A stretch of 64,000 nucleotides of DNA from an uncultured Rhodospirillaceae bacterium (GTDB taxonomy: Bacteria; Pseudomonadota; Alphaproteobacteria; Rhodospirillales; UBA2165): positions 1,554 through 65,553 of the forward strand of contig CAZXGI010000006.1 of the NCBI GenBank assembly GCA_964639965.1, read 5' to 3'. Positions within the stretch are counted from its first letter, which is position 1. Each line of letters starts with the position of its first letter. A program made the translations under genes and the position numbers. The notes under the pieces are model-generated. The model was not told where the DNA came from and ran no database searches. It was given only the letters and a program-made list of their open reading frames with translations. Shown one piece after another: positions 26,664 to 37,220 of this stretch.

Positions 26664-28418
26664 TTAAGCCATTGCCTTATCTTTAACAATCTTAGTTTTG
26701 TTATTAGGAGCAAGTACAATTTCATTGTGCGCAGCACCAGATGGTATCATAGGAAAAACATTTTCATCGCGATCCGTATGCATCAACAAAAATACGGGGC
26801 CATCAATCTCAAGCATTTCCGCAATTGACCCATTAACGTCATTAGCTTCTTTACATTCTAATGCATTGAAACCCATAGCTTGAGCTAATTTGATGTAATC
26901 AGGGCCATTACTCAGATCACATTCAGATTCATTATTCTCATGAAATAACTCCTGCCATTGCCGAATCATGCCCAGCACCTGATTATATAAACAGAGTATT
27001 TTTACAGGAAGACCTTCTTTTGCAATAGTTGCCATTTCCTGGATATTCATCATCATTGACCCTTCCGAGGTCACACACACCACTGCAGCATCAGGATGGG
27101 CAACTTGCACACCCATACCCGCGGGAATACCATATCCCATAGTGCCAAGACCTCCAGAAGTCATCCAGCGATTCGGTTCAGAGAACTGAATATACTGTGC
27201 AGCCCACATTTGGTGCTGACCGACGTCGGTTGTGACAAAGTAATTCGTTTGATTCAACGATTCACTCAATTGGCTCAAGGCATATTGAGGCTTTATTGAT
27301 GATTTAAAATCTTGCTCGAAACCAAGCGAATCAATAGAACGCCATTCATCAATTCTATCCCACCAACTTTCTAAAGCATTCTGATTAAGCTTAGGCTGTT
27401 TCTCATCCCATATAGTTATGAAATCAAATAATACGTTCTTTACATCACCTACAATTGGGATATCAGCTAAAATATTCTTATTAATAGACGAAGGATCGAT
27501 ATCAACATGTATTTTTTTGCTATTAGGTGAAAACAGTGCCGTATTTCCAGTCACCCGATCGTCGAAGCGAGCTCCAATGTTAAACATAACATCACAACCA
27601 TGCATTGCTAGGTTAGCCTCGTAGGTACCATGCATGCCTGGCATACCAATGAACTTGTCATCAGTTGTTGGGTAAGCCCCTAATGCCATTAATGTTGTTG
27701 TACATGGATAACCAGTTATTTCGACAAGTTTCTGCAATAAACGCGATGCCTCCGGACCCGAATTTATCACTCCACCACCAGCATAAATGATAGGACGCTC
27801 TGCATTTACCATTAATTCAACAGCGGCCTCAATTTGTTTCGGGTCACCACTAATTTGAGGGTTGTAATTACGAGGCTCAATCCCTTCAGGACCAAAATAA
27901 GACCCCCTGCCCATAATTATATCCTTTGGGATATCAATTAAAACAGGGCCAGGTCGACCATTTGCTGCAATATAAAATGCTTCATGAATAATTCTCGCAA
28001 GTTCATCCGTTGATTTTACCAAGTAATTATGTTTAGTAGCTGGACGTGTGATTCCGGTGGTATCAGCTTCCTGGAAAGCATCATTTCCAATCAAATGACT
28101 AACAACTTGACCAGTTAAAACAACGAGTGGAATGCTATCCATCAATGCATCTACCAGACCAGTAACCGTATTTGTTGCGCCAGGACCCGAAGTTGCCATA
28201 GCAACACCGGTTTTTCCCGTTGAACGGGCATAACCCTCAGCTGCGTGCACTGCTCCTTGCTCGTGACCCACGAGGATGTGCCGCAACCTATTTTGCTTAT
28301 AAATATCATTATAAAGTGGCAAGGTCACACCACCGGGATAGCCGAACACTACTTCAACATCTTGGTCAGCTAATGCTTTGAGAATAATCTCACCACCTGT
28401 GTATTGGTCACCCGACAT
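26664..28418 (-). CDS. ilvI: Acetolactate synthase large subunit
   Basis: 584 aa. [18 protein letters not shown] and the TPP motif [15 protein letters not shown] are present, and it sits upstream of ilvH-ilvC. Confidence 0.9.
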   Translation of the reverse strand: MSGDQYTGGEIILKALADQDVEVVFGYPGGVTLPLYNDIYKQNRLRHILVGHEQGAVHAAEGYARSTGKTGVAMATSGPGATNTVTGLVDALMDSIPLVVLTGQVVSHLIGNDAFQEADTTGITRPATKHNYLVKSTDELARIIHEAFYIAANGRPGPVLIDIPKDIIMGRGSYFGPEGIEPRNYNPQISGDPKQIEAAVELMVNAERPIIYAGGGVINSGPEASRLLQKLVEITGYPCTTTLMALGAYPTTDDKFIGMPGMHGTYEANLAMHGCDVMFNIGARFDDRVTGNTALFSPNSKKIHVDIDPSSINKNILADIPIVGDVKNVLFDFITIWDEKQPKLNQNALESWWDRIDEWRSIDSLGFEQDFKSSIKPQYALSQLSESLNQTNYFVTTDVGQHQMWAAQYIQFSEPNRWMTSGGLGTMGYGIPAGMGVQVAHPDAAVVCVTSEGSMMMNIQEMATIAKEGLPVKILCLYNQVLGMIRQWQELFHENNESECDLSNGPDYIKLAQAMGFNALECKEANDVNGSIAEMLEIDGPVFLLMHTDRDENVFPMIPSGAAHNEIVLAPNNKTKIVKDKAMA

Positions 28419-28575
28419 TTTCTTTACTCCAAAGCCAATTTAAACGGCTAATTTACGATTATTTATAAATTATATGAAATCAAACACCGATAACCCTTTC
28501 ACTGACAAAATCAAAAGTGTTATTCTGGCGCAATCCGCGCCGGAAATTATACCTAATCGTATCTAGGGTCAATAC

Positions 28576-29520
28576 CTATCTGATAATTTTTGAAAAGATT
28601 TCAGGTATTAAACTTTTCGAATATTGCGTTTTTAGCCTATAATCTTGAACTATTTGATTACGAAACCAAGTCATTTGGCGTTTAGCGTAGCGTCTAGTCG
28701 ATTGTTTCGCCGCATTAACTGCTTCGTCTATGGTCATTTTATTGTCCAAGAATGCTGTGAACTCCCTAACCCCTAACGCTTTCATGGCTGGCCGCATTGG
28801 ATCTAGGTTAATATCCATAAGGGAACGCACTTCACCCAAAACACCATTCTCCAGCATTAAATCAATACGTTTTTCGCAGCTATTATATAGAGCATCCCTT
28901 GGTGGCTCGAATATTATTGACTGGTAATGTGCAACAAACGGCTCAATCGTTGGTTTTTGATCATGCCAATCGCTTAACGAGCGATCGGTGGCAACATATA
29001 CCGCATAAGCTCGTGTTACTCGCTGGCTATCTGATCTATTAAGACGCTCAGCCGATACTGGGTCAAAATTTCTTAATTCTCGGTGAAATGCTTCAATACC
29101 AATTTTTTTACGTCGTTTGGTCACCTCTTCTATGATTTCCTTAGAAATGCTCGGTATCTCAGTTAAGCCTTCCATCAATGCTTTTATATAGAGTCCAGTA
29201 CCACCGGTAATAATTGGAAGATTTCCCGATTGCCAACATTTCTTAATTTCTGTTATAGCCAAATCACGCCAAATACCTGCGGAAAATACGTCTTTCACAG
29301 AAATTATGCCGTAGAGTTTATGGGATATAATACCTTCATCGATAAGCGACGGGCGGGCGGTTATAATCTGAAGTTCGCTATAAACCTGCATCGAGTCGCA
29401 ATTAATAATAACACCATTATATTTTTTAGCGACCTCAAGAGCAAAATCCGACTTTCCACTGGCTGTTGGTCCAGCAACAATCAAAATTGAATTAGGCAAA
29501 CTAAGATTAACTTTCTCCAT
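28576..29520 (-). CDS. miaA: tRNA dimethylallyltransferase
   Basis: 314 aa with the P-loop AGPTASGKS and MiaA-like conservation throughout. Confidence 0.9.
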   Translation of the reverse strand: MEKVNLSLPNSILIVAGPTASGKSDFALEVAKKYNGVIINCDSMQVYSELQIITARPSLIDEGIISHKLYGIISVKDVFSAGIWRDLAITEIKKCWQSGNLPIITGGTGLYIKALMEGLTEIPSISKEIIEEVTKRRKKIGIEAFHRELRNFDPVSAERLNRSDSQRVTRAYAVYVATDRSLSDWHDQKPTIEPFVAHYQSIIFEPPRDALYNSCEKRIDLMLENGVLGEVRSLMDINLDPMRPAMKALGVREFTAFLDNKMTIDEAVNAAKQSTRRYAKRQMTWFRNQIVQDYRLKTQYSKSLIPEIFSKIIR

Positions 29521-29568
29521 GGTTACTCTAATTTCAGCAAAATGAACTAATGCGCACTAAGAATTAAG

Positions 29569-30579
29569 CTAAGGTTTTTCTACTTCTTCGCGATACAAAT
29601 TAAGTTTCTCCATAATTTGACGATCCGATATAATGATAAAAATAGCTTCTTCACTAGAGGCTAAATGAGTTGTCCATGCCCAATGGGGTATCGTAAATAT
29701 ATCTTTGGATTCCCACTGATGGGTAACATCGCCAATTTTACTTTTACCAGTGCCTTGGATGACAATACACACCGCATTTGCAGTAGAACGCATTTTTGCC
29801 GTTTTCATATTTCTGGCCAAAGAAAGTATTTTTGCATCATGGGTAGGCAAAATGTCCGTTCCATCAACCGGATTAGTATACTTGACTGAACGGCTGCCAT
29901 CATCTGTTTTAGGCGCATTCTTTATTGCAACAAGAGTATCTTCAAAGGAATAGCGTAAACGGGGGGAATGATTTACATGTTGAAGATGAGTAACAGGTGT
30001 AAGACCACCGCTCAAATAAGAATCATCAGATATCATTGCCATATTATCGGGAAAATGATCCTCCGATCTCATTTCCATATCACCAAAAACAGCATCTAAT
30101 GAACCGACCAATGGTATATCAAGAACATCTATCCAGATAGCCCGTTCAGCACTATCGTTTTTATGGCAATGCCATGTCCAATTAGGTGTAATGATTAAGT
30201 CACCATCAAACATTTCACAACGTTTACCATCAACAAACGTGCCTCCACCAGATCCTTCTATAATTACACGAGTAGCGGCAGGTGTATGGCGGTGAGGAGA
30301 AGTTTCCTCACCCGGATTTACACATTGATAAGCTGCTATGATATTAGTGGTTGTTGCCATTTTACCATCGAGATTAGGATTCTTAAGCATAAGCACCCGA
30401 TGGTCTGCATGGTTCCCACGGACAAGTTCGGCCGATTTCTCAATAAGTGGCAGTATTTCGTTCCATTTCCAAATTACGGAAGGCTCAGAATGCGAGGGCT
30501 CATTTGTAACTATTTTATCATAGACCTCCCATAATGGAGCTAAATCATGTGACCGAATCTCCCGGAGAAATTCATCCAT
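29569..30579 (-). CDS. Gentisate 1,2-dioxygenase-like bicupin ring-cleavage dioxygenase
   Basis: 336 aa. The N-terminal LAPLWEVY...EPS...WKW pattern and the metal motif GEETSPHRHTPAATRVIIEGSGG are typical of gentisate/salicylate dioxygenases. Confidence 0.7.
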   Translation of the reverse strand: MDEFLREIRSHDLAPLWEVYDKIVTNEPSHSEPSVIWKWNEILPLIEKSAELVRGNHADHRVLMLKNPNLDGKMATTTNIIAAYQCVNPGEETSPHRHTPAATRVIIEGSGGGTFVDGKRCEMFDGDLIITPNWTWHCHKNDSAERAIWIDVLDIPLVGSLDAVFGDMEMRSEDHFPDNMAMISDDSYLSGGLTPVTHLQHVNHSPRLRYSFEDTLVAIKNAPKTDDGSRSVKYTNPVDGTDILPTHDAKILSLARNMKTAKMRSTANAVCIVIQGTGKSKIGDVTHQWESKDIFTIPHWAWTTHLASSEEAIFIIISDRQIMEKLNLYREEVEKP

Positions 30580-30580
30580 A

Positions 30581-31651
30581 TTAGATTTCCTTATAATGGT
30601 TTTTGAAATAAGGTATCACTTCTGAGCCAAAAAGTCTCATGGACGCCTCTGCCGCGTTAAGCTCTAATCCGAAAGGGTTTACTTGAAGTGAAAATTCATC
30701 ACAACCACCACAGGCTTTATCAAAATTCTCCAACTGCTTGATTATCTCCGACGGGGTACCAACAAACGCTGCCCCGCTTTCAATTTGGCTTTCCAAAGTT
30801 TGAGCTGCTATTTTTTCTCTATATATACCATAATTTTTGTAATCTTTTAGAGATGGGCCGTGAGTATATTCGGTCATTGCGTCGACAATCTGAGCAAAAT
30901 GTCCTTCAATATGGGGCTTTGCAATTCGCCGCGCTTCTTTACCGTCTTCATGGCAAAACATAAAAACAGCCATCATCATCTTTGGCTGGCCTGGGTTACC
31001 GGATTTCATCCATGCATCTCTATAAGTTTTGAGAAGTGAAATGGGATCAGAACCGACACCTGGAATTGCCATGATCCAGTGCCCCATCTTACCGGCACGT
31101 TCAAAAGATGCCGGCGTACCAACTGCGGCTACATAGAAATTTGGCCGCGGTAGCTGTGTCGGCCGCGGCATCGTGGTAACATTTTCAAAACTATGATATT
31201 TACCTTTAGACGTAACATTTTCACCTTCCATGAGTAACTGAACTTGCTCAATGCCTTCCTCAAAACGCTCAACACTTTCATCCATATCGACCTCAAAATG
31301 TCGAAACTCTTGGGGCAAAAAAGCCCGGGCAAATCCCACGTCCAAACGGCCATCCGAAAAAGCGTCGAGCATACATAAATCACTAGCAAGTTTCAGAGGC
31401 GAGTTAAATGCCGGCAAAACAGCTCCTGTTATCATTCTAGCTGTCTTAGTATGCTGACATGCAGCTGTCAGAAAAATAATTGGATTTGAGCTATATCCGC
31501 CCCAATGATGAAAGTAATGCTCAACGGTTCTAACGTGAGAATACCCATATTCATCGCAGAGCCCGACTAGATGCATAGCTTCATTATAATATTGCACCGG
31601 AGACTTTTGATCTTCCCGTTGATCTGGAAAAAATTGAATGCCAAACCGCAC
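30581..31651 (-). CDS. Luciferase-like (LLM class) flavin-dependent oxidoreductase
   Basis: The ORF reaches 31687 (TTG), but GTG at 31651 is preceded by GAGGAG-N6 and gives the typical LLM start MRFGIQFFP. It lies 1 nt upstream of the cupin gene. Confidence 0.7.
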   Translation of the reverse strand: MRFGIQFFPDQREDQKSPVQYYNEAMHLVGLCDEYGYSHVRTVEHYFHHWGGYSSNPIIFLTAACQHTKTARMITGAVLPAFNSPLKLASDLCMLDAFSDGRLDVGFARAFLPQEFRHFEVDMDESVERFEEGIEQVQLLMEGENVTSKGKYHSFENVTTMPRPTQLPRPNFYVAAVGTPASFERAGKMGHWIMAIPGVGSDPISLLKTYRDAWMKSGNPGQPKMMMAVFMFCHEDGKEARRIAKPHIEGHFAQIVDAMTEYTHGPSLKDYKNYGIYREKIAAQTLESQIESGAAFVGTPSEIIKQLENFDKACGGCDEFSLQVNPFGLELNAAEASMRLFGSEVIPYFKNHYKEI

Positions 31652-31798
31652 CGCTAACTCCTCTATTATTAGAAGTTCAGGGTACAACCAATATATTTGA
31701 GAATAAAGAATTAATGTGAAATATATCGTTCTGGTTTTTTGGCTACAAATCTGCTATCGTTACTTCATATTTCATCAACAAAAATTAGATTAAGGTTC

Positions 31799-33070
31799 TT
31801 ATTCCAGAACTAAAGACACCATACCATCCGCTAACTTCGGTTCAAACCAAGTGCTTTTTGGCGGCATAACTCCCCCCGCATCGGCAACCGAAATTAGATC
31901 CTGTACACTTGTAGGAAAAAGTGCAAATGCTACAGAACACTCACCACTATCTACACGTCTCTCCAACTCTTCTAAACCTCTAATGCCCCCAATAAAATCA
32001 ATGCGTGGATCAGTTCGCGGATCACCGATACCCAAAATTGGGCTCAACAGTTGTTTTGTTAAAATACTGATATCGAGTCTATCCACTGGCATTGTATTAT
32101 CAGATAAAGAAAATTTTATATGAAGTGAATACCAAGAACCAGAAAGGTACATGCTAAAGCTATTTGGTAAATGAGGTTTTGCAGCCTCATCAAGCTTTGC
32201 CAAACTAAAAGCCTCACCAATCTTACTTAAAAAATCTGATTCTGAAAGCCCATTAAGATCTTTCACCACACGATTATATTCAAATATCCTTACTTCGGTC
32301 TCAGGAAAGCTAACCACTAAGAATGAATTATTTGGTTCGTTCTCTGTCAAATCACTTCTGGCTTTCATTCGATCATAAAAAACACGTGAGGCTGCTGCTG
32401 AACGATGATGACCATCGGCAATATATAAAACACCTAATTCATCGAAACCCTTGGTAATTTTTTTAATATCATTTGAATCGGTAACCACCCATAACGTGTG
32501 TTCCACATTACCATTACCAATCACATGATAATCTGCAGCATAGGCAACGTTCTTACTAATTACTTCCTTCAGAAAATCGTTCGATTTGTGTATTGTAAAA
32601 ACAGGTCCTGTTTGAGCATTAATGGCGTCTATTTGACGCACTCGATCATTTTCCTTATCAGGCCGAGTATGCTCATGGCGGCGGATACGATTAGTATTAT
32701 AAGCTTCGATAGATGCTGCACCAACAATTCCCGTCTGATTATGGTCCCCCATTTTTAGACGGTATATATAATAACAGTCTTCTTCGTCACGCCTTAAGAT
32801 GCCATCTTCAATCATCTGATTAAAATTTTCCTGGGCTTTCTGGTATACCGCATCTGAATAAATTTCTGTCCCTAGTGGCAGATCGATCTCTGGCTTCGAA
32901 ATATGCAAAAAACTCCAAGGCTTATCTTTTGCCAATGAGATTGCCTCACCAGTATCTAATACATCATAGGGAGGTGCCACCACTTCGGCAGCTAGATCTG
33001 GAACAGGACGAAGCGCAGCGAATGGTTTCACTAAGTAGTTTTTTTGAGAATCACTCATAATAAAATCCAA
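31799..33070 (-). CDS. DUF1015 family protein (conserved, function unknown)
   Basis: 423 aa. The VKPFAALRP start and ADGHHRSAAA motif are characteristic of DUF1015. Confidence 0.7.
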   Translation of the reverse strand: MDFIMSDSQKNYLVKPFAALRPVPDLAAEVVAPPYDVLDTGEAISLAKDKPWSFLHISKPEIDLPLGTEIYSDAVYQKAQENFNQMIEDGILRRDEEDCYYIYRLKMGDHNQTGIVGAASIEAYNTNRIRRHEHTRPDKENDRVRQIDAINAQTGPVFTIHKSNDFLKEVISKNVAYAADYHVIGNGNVEHTLWVVTDSNDIKKITKGFDELGVLYIADGHHRSAAASRVFYDRMKARSDLTENEPNNSFLVVSFPETEVRIFEYNRVVKDLNGLSESDFLSKIGEAFSLAKLDEAAKPHLPNSFSMYLSGSWYSLHIKFSLSDNTMPVDRLDISILTKQLLSPILGIGDPRTDPRIDFIGGIRGLEELERRVDSGECSVAFALFPTSVQDLISVADAGGVMPPKSTWFEPKLADGMVSLVLE

Positions 33071-33128
33071 TAACCTAAAGCTATTTTAGATGCTAACATT
33101 ATTTAATAAGCATAACACCTAATCAATC

Positions 33129-33159
33129 AAAAAAGCCTGAGGATCTGCAATCGTCAGGC
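33129..33159 (-). terminator. Rho-independent terminator downstream of the degP-like gene
   Basis: On the minus strand, a GCCTGA-N13-TCAGGC hairpin (33159-33135) is followed directly by TTTTTT (33134-33129). It lies about 97 nt after the protease stop and before the DUF1015 start. Confidence 0.6.
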
Positions 33160-33255
33160 CCCTGTTATTCCGGGAAATTTTTCAGACACTTATGGCTAGT
33201 TAGCTCAGAAAAATGAATGAAAGAAAAATTACTGCATTTAATTTTAAAAAATAAT

Positions 33256-34719
33256 TTATTTCTTAGAAAGCCGAAGAGCAACAAAACGCAAGCCGGACTG
33301 CCCTTCAATTAGCATTAGAATTGATTTCCGGTTCAATGCTCTGGACTTTTTAATTTGAGTCTTAACATCTTCAGGCGTTCCAACTTTTTTCTGACTCACT
33401 TCGAGAATAATATCTCCTGATTTTAAACCTTTCTCGGCAGCAACCCCTTCTTTATCAATCGAAACAATTACCACGCCTTTAGATTTCTTGCTAAGATTAA
33501 AGCGCTTACGAAGTTCATCTGATACAGAACTTACCGTCAAACCAATATCTTCAATAATTACCTTTTCTTGGCTTCCACTTCTTAAATTTGGCGTTAACGC
33601 TTTTTCGGCAACCTGCTCCTCATCCATTTCTCCTACGCTCACCTGTGCTATAATTTTTTTTCGGTCACGCCAAACTTCAACTTCAACTTTCTTGTTTATC
33701 TCGGTCTCTGCAACTATTTTTGGCAGACTACGCATCGTTTTAACTAAGTTATTATTAAATCTTAATATAACATCACCAACTTTGATCCCTCCCTTTGCGG
33801 CTGGACTATTCGGGGTCACACTTGCAATTAAAGCACCTACAGCTTCTTCAAGGCCCAAACTTTCAGCAATTTCATCTGTCACATTCTGAATACGCACACC
33901 TAACCAACCGCGTTTAGTTTTACCATATTTAACTAGCTGACGAATAACGCTATTCGCGATACCAGTAGGTATCGCAAACCCTATACCTATACTGCCACCA
34001 GAAGGGGAAAATATAGCGGTGTTTATACCGATTACCTCTCCTGACATATTAAATAATGGTCCACCGGAGTTGCCTCTATTAATCGAGGCATCAGTTTGGA
34101 TAAAATCATCGTAGGGACCTGAATTAATGTTCCGTCCTCGCGCTGATACAATACCGGCAGTTACGGTACCCCCAAGGCCAAAAGGATTGCCAATGGCTAC
34201 AACCCAATCACCAACGCGGATTTTATCCGAGTTACCAAGTTTAACAAATGGCAGCACTTTATTTGGCTTTACCCGTAAGACCGCTATGTCGGTTTTAATA
34301 TCGCGACCAACAACCTCAGCCTTTAAAGTCTTATTATCATGTAAAATAACGGTGATCTCATCTGCGCCCTGTATAACGTGATTATTCGTAACCACGATCC
34401 CTTTACCATCTATTATGAAGCCAGAACCCAAAGATGTTGATTTCCGGTGCTGCTTAGGATTATTCCGATCGAAAAATTCACGAAAAAAATCCTCAAAAGG
34501 CGAACCTGGGGGAAATTGAGGAAGCTCAGGCTTCTTACCAGCTCTTTGTTTTGCAACTGCTGTCGTTGAAATATTAACTACCGCAGGAAGTAATTTTTCC
34601 GCCAGATTAGCAAAACTCTCTGGCGCTGATCGAGCGTTAGAAGAAGATGAAAAAATCATAGATACCAAAAATACTAAAACTATTCTTGGGTATAACAAAT
34701 TGATTATAGATATGTTCAC
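33256..34719 (-). CDS. degP: Periplasmic serine endoprotease, DegP/DegQ/HtrA family
   Basis: 487 aa with a signal peptide, the trypsin-like triad including GNSGGPL, and two PDZ-like C-terminal repeats. Confidence 0.9.
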   Translation of the reverse strand: MNISIINLLYPRIVLVFLVSMIFSSSSNARSAPESFANLAEKLLPAVVNISTTAVAKQRAGKKPELPQFPPGSPFEDFFREFFDRNNPKQHRKSTSLGSGFIIDGKGIVVTNNHVIQGADEITVILHDNKTLKAEVVGRDIKTDIAVLRVKPNKVLPFVKLGNSDKIRVGDWVVAIGNPFGLGGTVTAGIVSARGRNINSGPYDDFIQTDASINRGNSGGPLFNMSGEVIGINTAIFSPSGGSIGIGFAIPTGIANSVIRQLVKYGKTKRGWLGVRIQNVTDEIAESLGLEEAVGALIASVTPNSPAAKGGIKVGDVILRFNNNLVKTMRSLPKIVAETEINKKVEVEVWRDRKKIIAQVSVGEMDEEQVAEKALTPNLRSGSQEKVIIEDIGLTVSSVSDELRKRFNLSKKSKGVVIVSIDKEGVAAEKGLKSGDIILEVSQKKVGTPEDVKTQIKKSRALNRKSILMLIEGQSGLRFVALRLSKK

Positions 34720-34846
34720 TCTTTATTCTCCAAATACCGAATTAAAAATTCCTGCGTAATTCTTGCCTTACTATAACGTTACTTTAAACCACAATCAAAA
34801 AGACCAAAAAAATAATGTTCGGGGCCTACTCAGCTCAAGTTTTATT

Positions 34847-35032
34847 TTAAATACGAACAAGCCAAATACATGTCACTCCTGCGATCACCGCAACCATACC
34901 AGCACGACGCAGTATAATATCTGGTTGATCAAGAACCTGAGTCATGAATTTCTTCATGGCTTTGGGGAAAATCGCGTATAAAGCACCTTCCAAGGCGACC
35001 GCTAGTGCTATCGCTGTTATAATATCTGCCAT
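34847..35032 (-). CDS. DUF2065 small membrane protein
   Basis: 61 aa, two TM helices (ALEGALYAIFP). It occupies the conserved position between hflC and degP. Confidence 0.65.
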   Translation of the reverse strand: MADIITAIALAVALEGALYAIFPKAMKKFMTQVLDQPDIILRRAGMVAVIAGVTCIWLVRI

Positions 35033-35050
35033 TCGATTCTAAATTTTTCT

Positions 35051-35929
35051 CTATTTCTTGGGTTTGATCCCATTCGTCTTACCAAAAAATTTAAAAAATT
35101 CAGAATCAGGTGACAAAACCATTGTCGTACCCTCACCAAAAGCCTTACTGTATGCTTCCATGGAACGATAAAATTCGAAGAAATCCTTATCTTTACCGTA
35201 TGCATCATTCAAAATTGAGGTCTGCGCTCCCTCTCCAATACCTCGTTGAATCTGAGCGTTCTTTTGTGCTTCAGCCAATATTACGGTTCTTTTACGATCA
35301 GCCTCTGCTTGTGTTTTTGCCTTTAGCTCAGCACCCTGGGCACGAAGTTTTGCTGCTTCAGCAATCCGCTGCGAACGCATTCGGTTGTATACGGATTGAG
35401 AGGTCGTCTCAGGCAAATCGGTTCTTCCAATTCGTACATCAATTACCTCAATACCAAACTGTGGAGCCTGTTTTTTTAATTGTTCAGTAATTAAACCCAT
35501 CACATCATCGCGTTTGTTTGACAACATATCACCAAGTAAAACTTTTCCCACTTCCGATCTAACCGCAGCATTCAATCTACCACCGAAAATTTGCCGAAAA
35601 TTCGCGTCTGTTTGTGCCGTTTTGAGAAATTCAAGCGGATTGGTTATCCTATACCTGACAAATGAATCCACGTTAATTCGTTTTTGATCATTCAAGATAA
35701 TCTCCTGGGCAGGTGGGTCAAGATCAAGAATCCGTCGATCGTAATATCTTACGTTCTGGACAAATGGTAACTTAACCTTCAACCCTGGCTCCAATTCAGC
35801 GCGGACTGGGTTACCAAACTGGAGAATTAGAGCTTGTTGCGTTTGATGAACAGTAAACAATGAAGCGGACACCAAGATACCGCCAACAATCACAACAAAA
35901 CCTATTATGGCAAGCACTAGTTTATTCAT
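35051..35929 (-). CDS. hflC: Protease modulator HflC (SPFH/band-7)
   Basis: 292 aa with an N-terminal TM helix plus an SPFH domain. Its start overlaps the hflK stop. Confidence 0.9.
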   Translation of the reverse strand: MNKLVLAIIGFVVIVGGILVSASLFTVHQTQQALILQFGNPVRAELEPGLKVKLPFVQNVRYYDRRILDLDPPAQEIILNDQKRINVDSFVRYRITNPLEFLKTAQTDANFRQIFGGRLNAAVRSEVGKVLLGDMLSNKRDDVMGLITEQLKKQAPQFGIEVIDVRIGRTDLPETTSQSVYNRMRSQRIAEAAKLRAQGAELKAKTQAEADRKRTVILAEAQKNAQIQRGIGEGAQTSILNDAYGKDKDFFEFYRSMEAYSKAFGEGTTMVLSPDSEFFKFFGKTNGIKPKK

Positions 35930-37038
35930 CAGTTTTCTCCCCCACTACGTTTTTTTATCTCTGGAAGCGGAAGATAGGGCACCACGCCGGTCCCTCCCTG
36001 TCCCTTATCAATAATTACCTTCTCTGAATCCTGAAGCACTTGCTGCATCCGCTCTAAATATAATCTTGATCGAGTGACTTTCCGGCCACCTTTATAGGCT
36101 TCGTAAACGGATAAAAACCGTTTAGCTTCACCTTCAGCCTCACGTACAAGCTTTTCCTTATATGCTGTTGCTTCCTGTATCATTCTCTCAGCTTCACCTT
36201 TAGCCTTGGGGATAATATCGTTTGCGTAGGCTTGCGCTTCATTTTGTTGTCGTTCCCTATCCTGCTTGGCACGTTGTACATCGTTGAATGCGTCAATGAC
36301 TTGTGTTGGAGGTTCAACCTTCTGCATTTTTACCGAATCGATAAAAACACCCGCACCATAGCTATCAAGAATTTTCTGCAAAACCTCATGGGTTTTACTT
36401 TCAACTTGCTGGCGTTGTTTAGCCAAAGCATCTTCCAATGTATTTTGGCCTACGATCTCGCGTATAGCACTTTCTGATGCCAACTTGACTGTCTCTTCTG
36501 GATTCCGAATGTTAAACAAAAACTCAGCGGCATTCTTAATTCTCCACTGGACCTGATAATCAATATCGATGATATTCTGGTCTCCAGTAAGCATCAGGCT
36601 TTCCTCTGGAACATCACGAACATTAGTCGCACGAGCTCCTCCTGAACCAACTTGACGGAAACCAACGCTTGTAATATTCGTGTTTGTTACATCAGGCGTA
36701 AAAACCTGACCGATCGGCGCAGGGAACCAATAGTTTAAACCGGGCGTGGTCATTTGAACAAATCGACCAAATAAAAGCTCAACTCCTTGTTCACTTGGTT
36801 GCACCCTGTAGAAACCAGTACCTAGCCAAACGATTATAGCAGCCAAAATTAGTAGTATGATCCGTTTTGGTCCCCCACTACCGCCAGGCAGAAATTTCTT
36901 AAATTTATCCTGGCTGCGCCTTAACATCTCTTCTATGTCAGGTGGCTGCTGCCCGGATTGGCCTCCTCCACCCCAAGGGCCTTGTCCGCCACCACCTGAT
37001 CCACCCCAGGGGCCTCCACGTTGGATATCCCATACCAT
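35929..37038 (-). CDS. hflK: Protease modulator HflK (SPFH/band-7)
   Basis: The Gly-rich N-terminus GGPWGGSGGGGQGPWGGGG is typical of HflK. I prefer ATG 37038 (MVWDIQ, preceded by GAGGAAAA) over the ORF-track start at 37074. Confidence 0.9.
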   Translation of the reverse strand: MVWDIQRGGPWGGSGGGGQGPWGGGGQSGQQPPDIEEMLRRSQDKFKKFLPGGSGGPKRIILLILAAIIVWLGTGFYRVQPSEQGVELLFGRFVQMTTPGLNYWFPAPIGQVFTPDVTNTNITSVGFRQVGSGGARATNVRDVPEESLMLTGDQNIIDIDYQVQWRIKNAAEFLFNIRNPEETVKLASESAIREIVGQNTLEDALAKQRQQVESKTHEVLQKILDSYGAGVFIDSVKMQKVEPPTQVIDAFNDVQRAKQDRERQQNEAQAYANDIIPKAKGEAERMIQEATAYKEKLVREAEGEAKRFLSVYEAYKGGRKVTRSRLYLERMQQVLQDSEKVIIDKGQGGTGVVPYLPLPEIKKRSGGEN

Positions 37039-37220
37039 TATTTTTTCCTCATCTATTAGAACACAGAAAATCACTGCATTAATTAAAGTTTATCTATTTG
37101 CAAAATACTGTTCTGCCTTATATGACAGGTTTAGCACCCTTGCAACGATGCCTCAATCTTGTATTGCCTAGTGGCCAATTTTTTTATTCAATATGCAATT
37201 GAAAACATGGAGCCTTAAAT

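Noticed and set aside
28419-28575. ilvI upstream region: TTGACC-N15-TATAAT (28572-28546, minus strand), hairpin GGCGC-N5-GCGCC (28527-28541), and a possible branched-chain amino-acid leader attenuator.
   Set aside because: The 15-nt promoter spacer is suboptimal. The hairpin has only 5 bp and no following T-run. I find no Ile/Leu/Val-rich leader peptide ORF. The evidence is too weak to call a promoter, terminator or attenuator.
37039-37074. Longer HflK start (MIFCVLIDEEKI...) given by the ORF track. Similar long-start options exist for hyuB (11975), cobB (42761), the LLM gene (31687) and dctP (6727).
   Set aside because: The internal starts have better RBS or coupling context and match the usual family N-termini. 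The long versions would create 30-60 nt overlaps with upstream genes.
36857-37171. 104-aa plus-strand ORF with a striking proline-rich run (PPPPQGPCPPPPDPPQGPP).
   Set aside because: It is the antisense reading of the Gly-rich GGPWGG repeat at the HflK N-terminus (GGN codons read as NCC). It has no RBS or independent support and is a shadow ORF.
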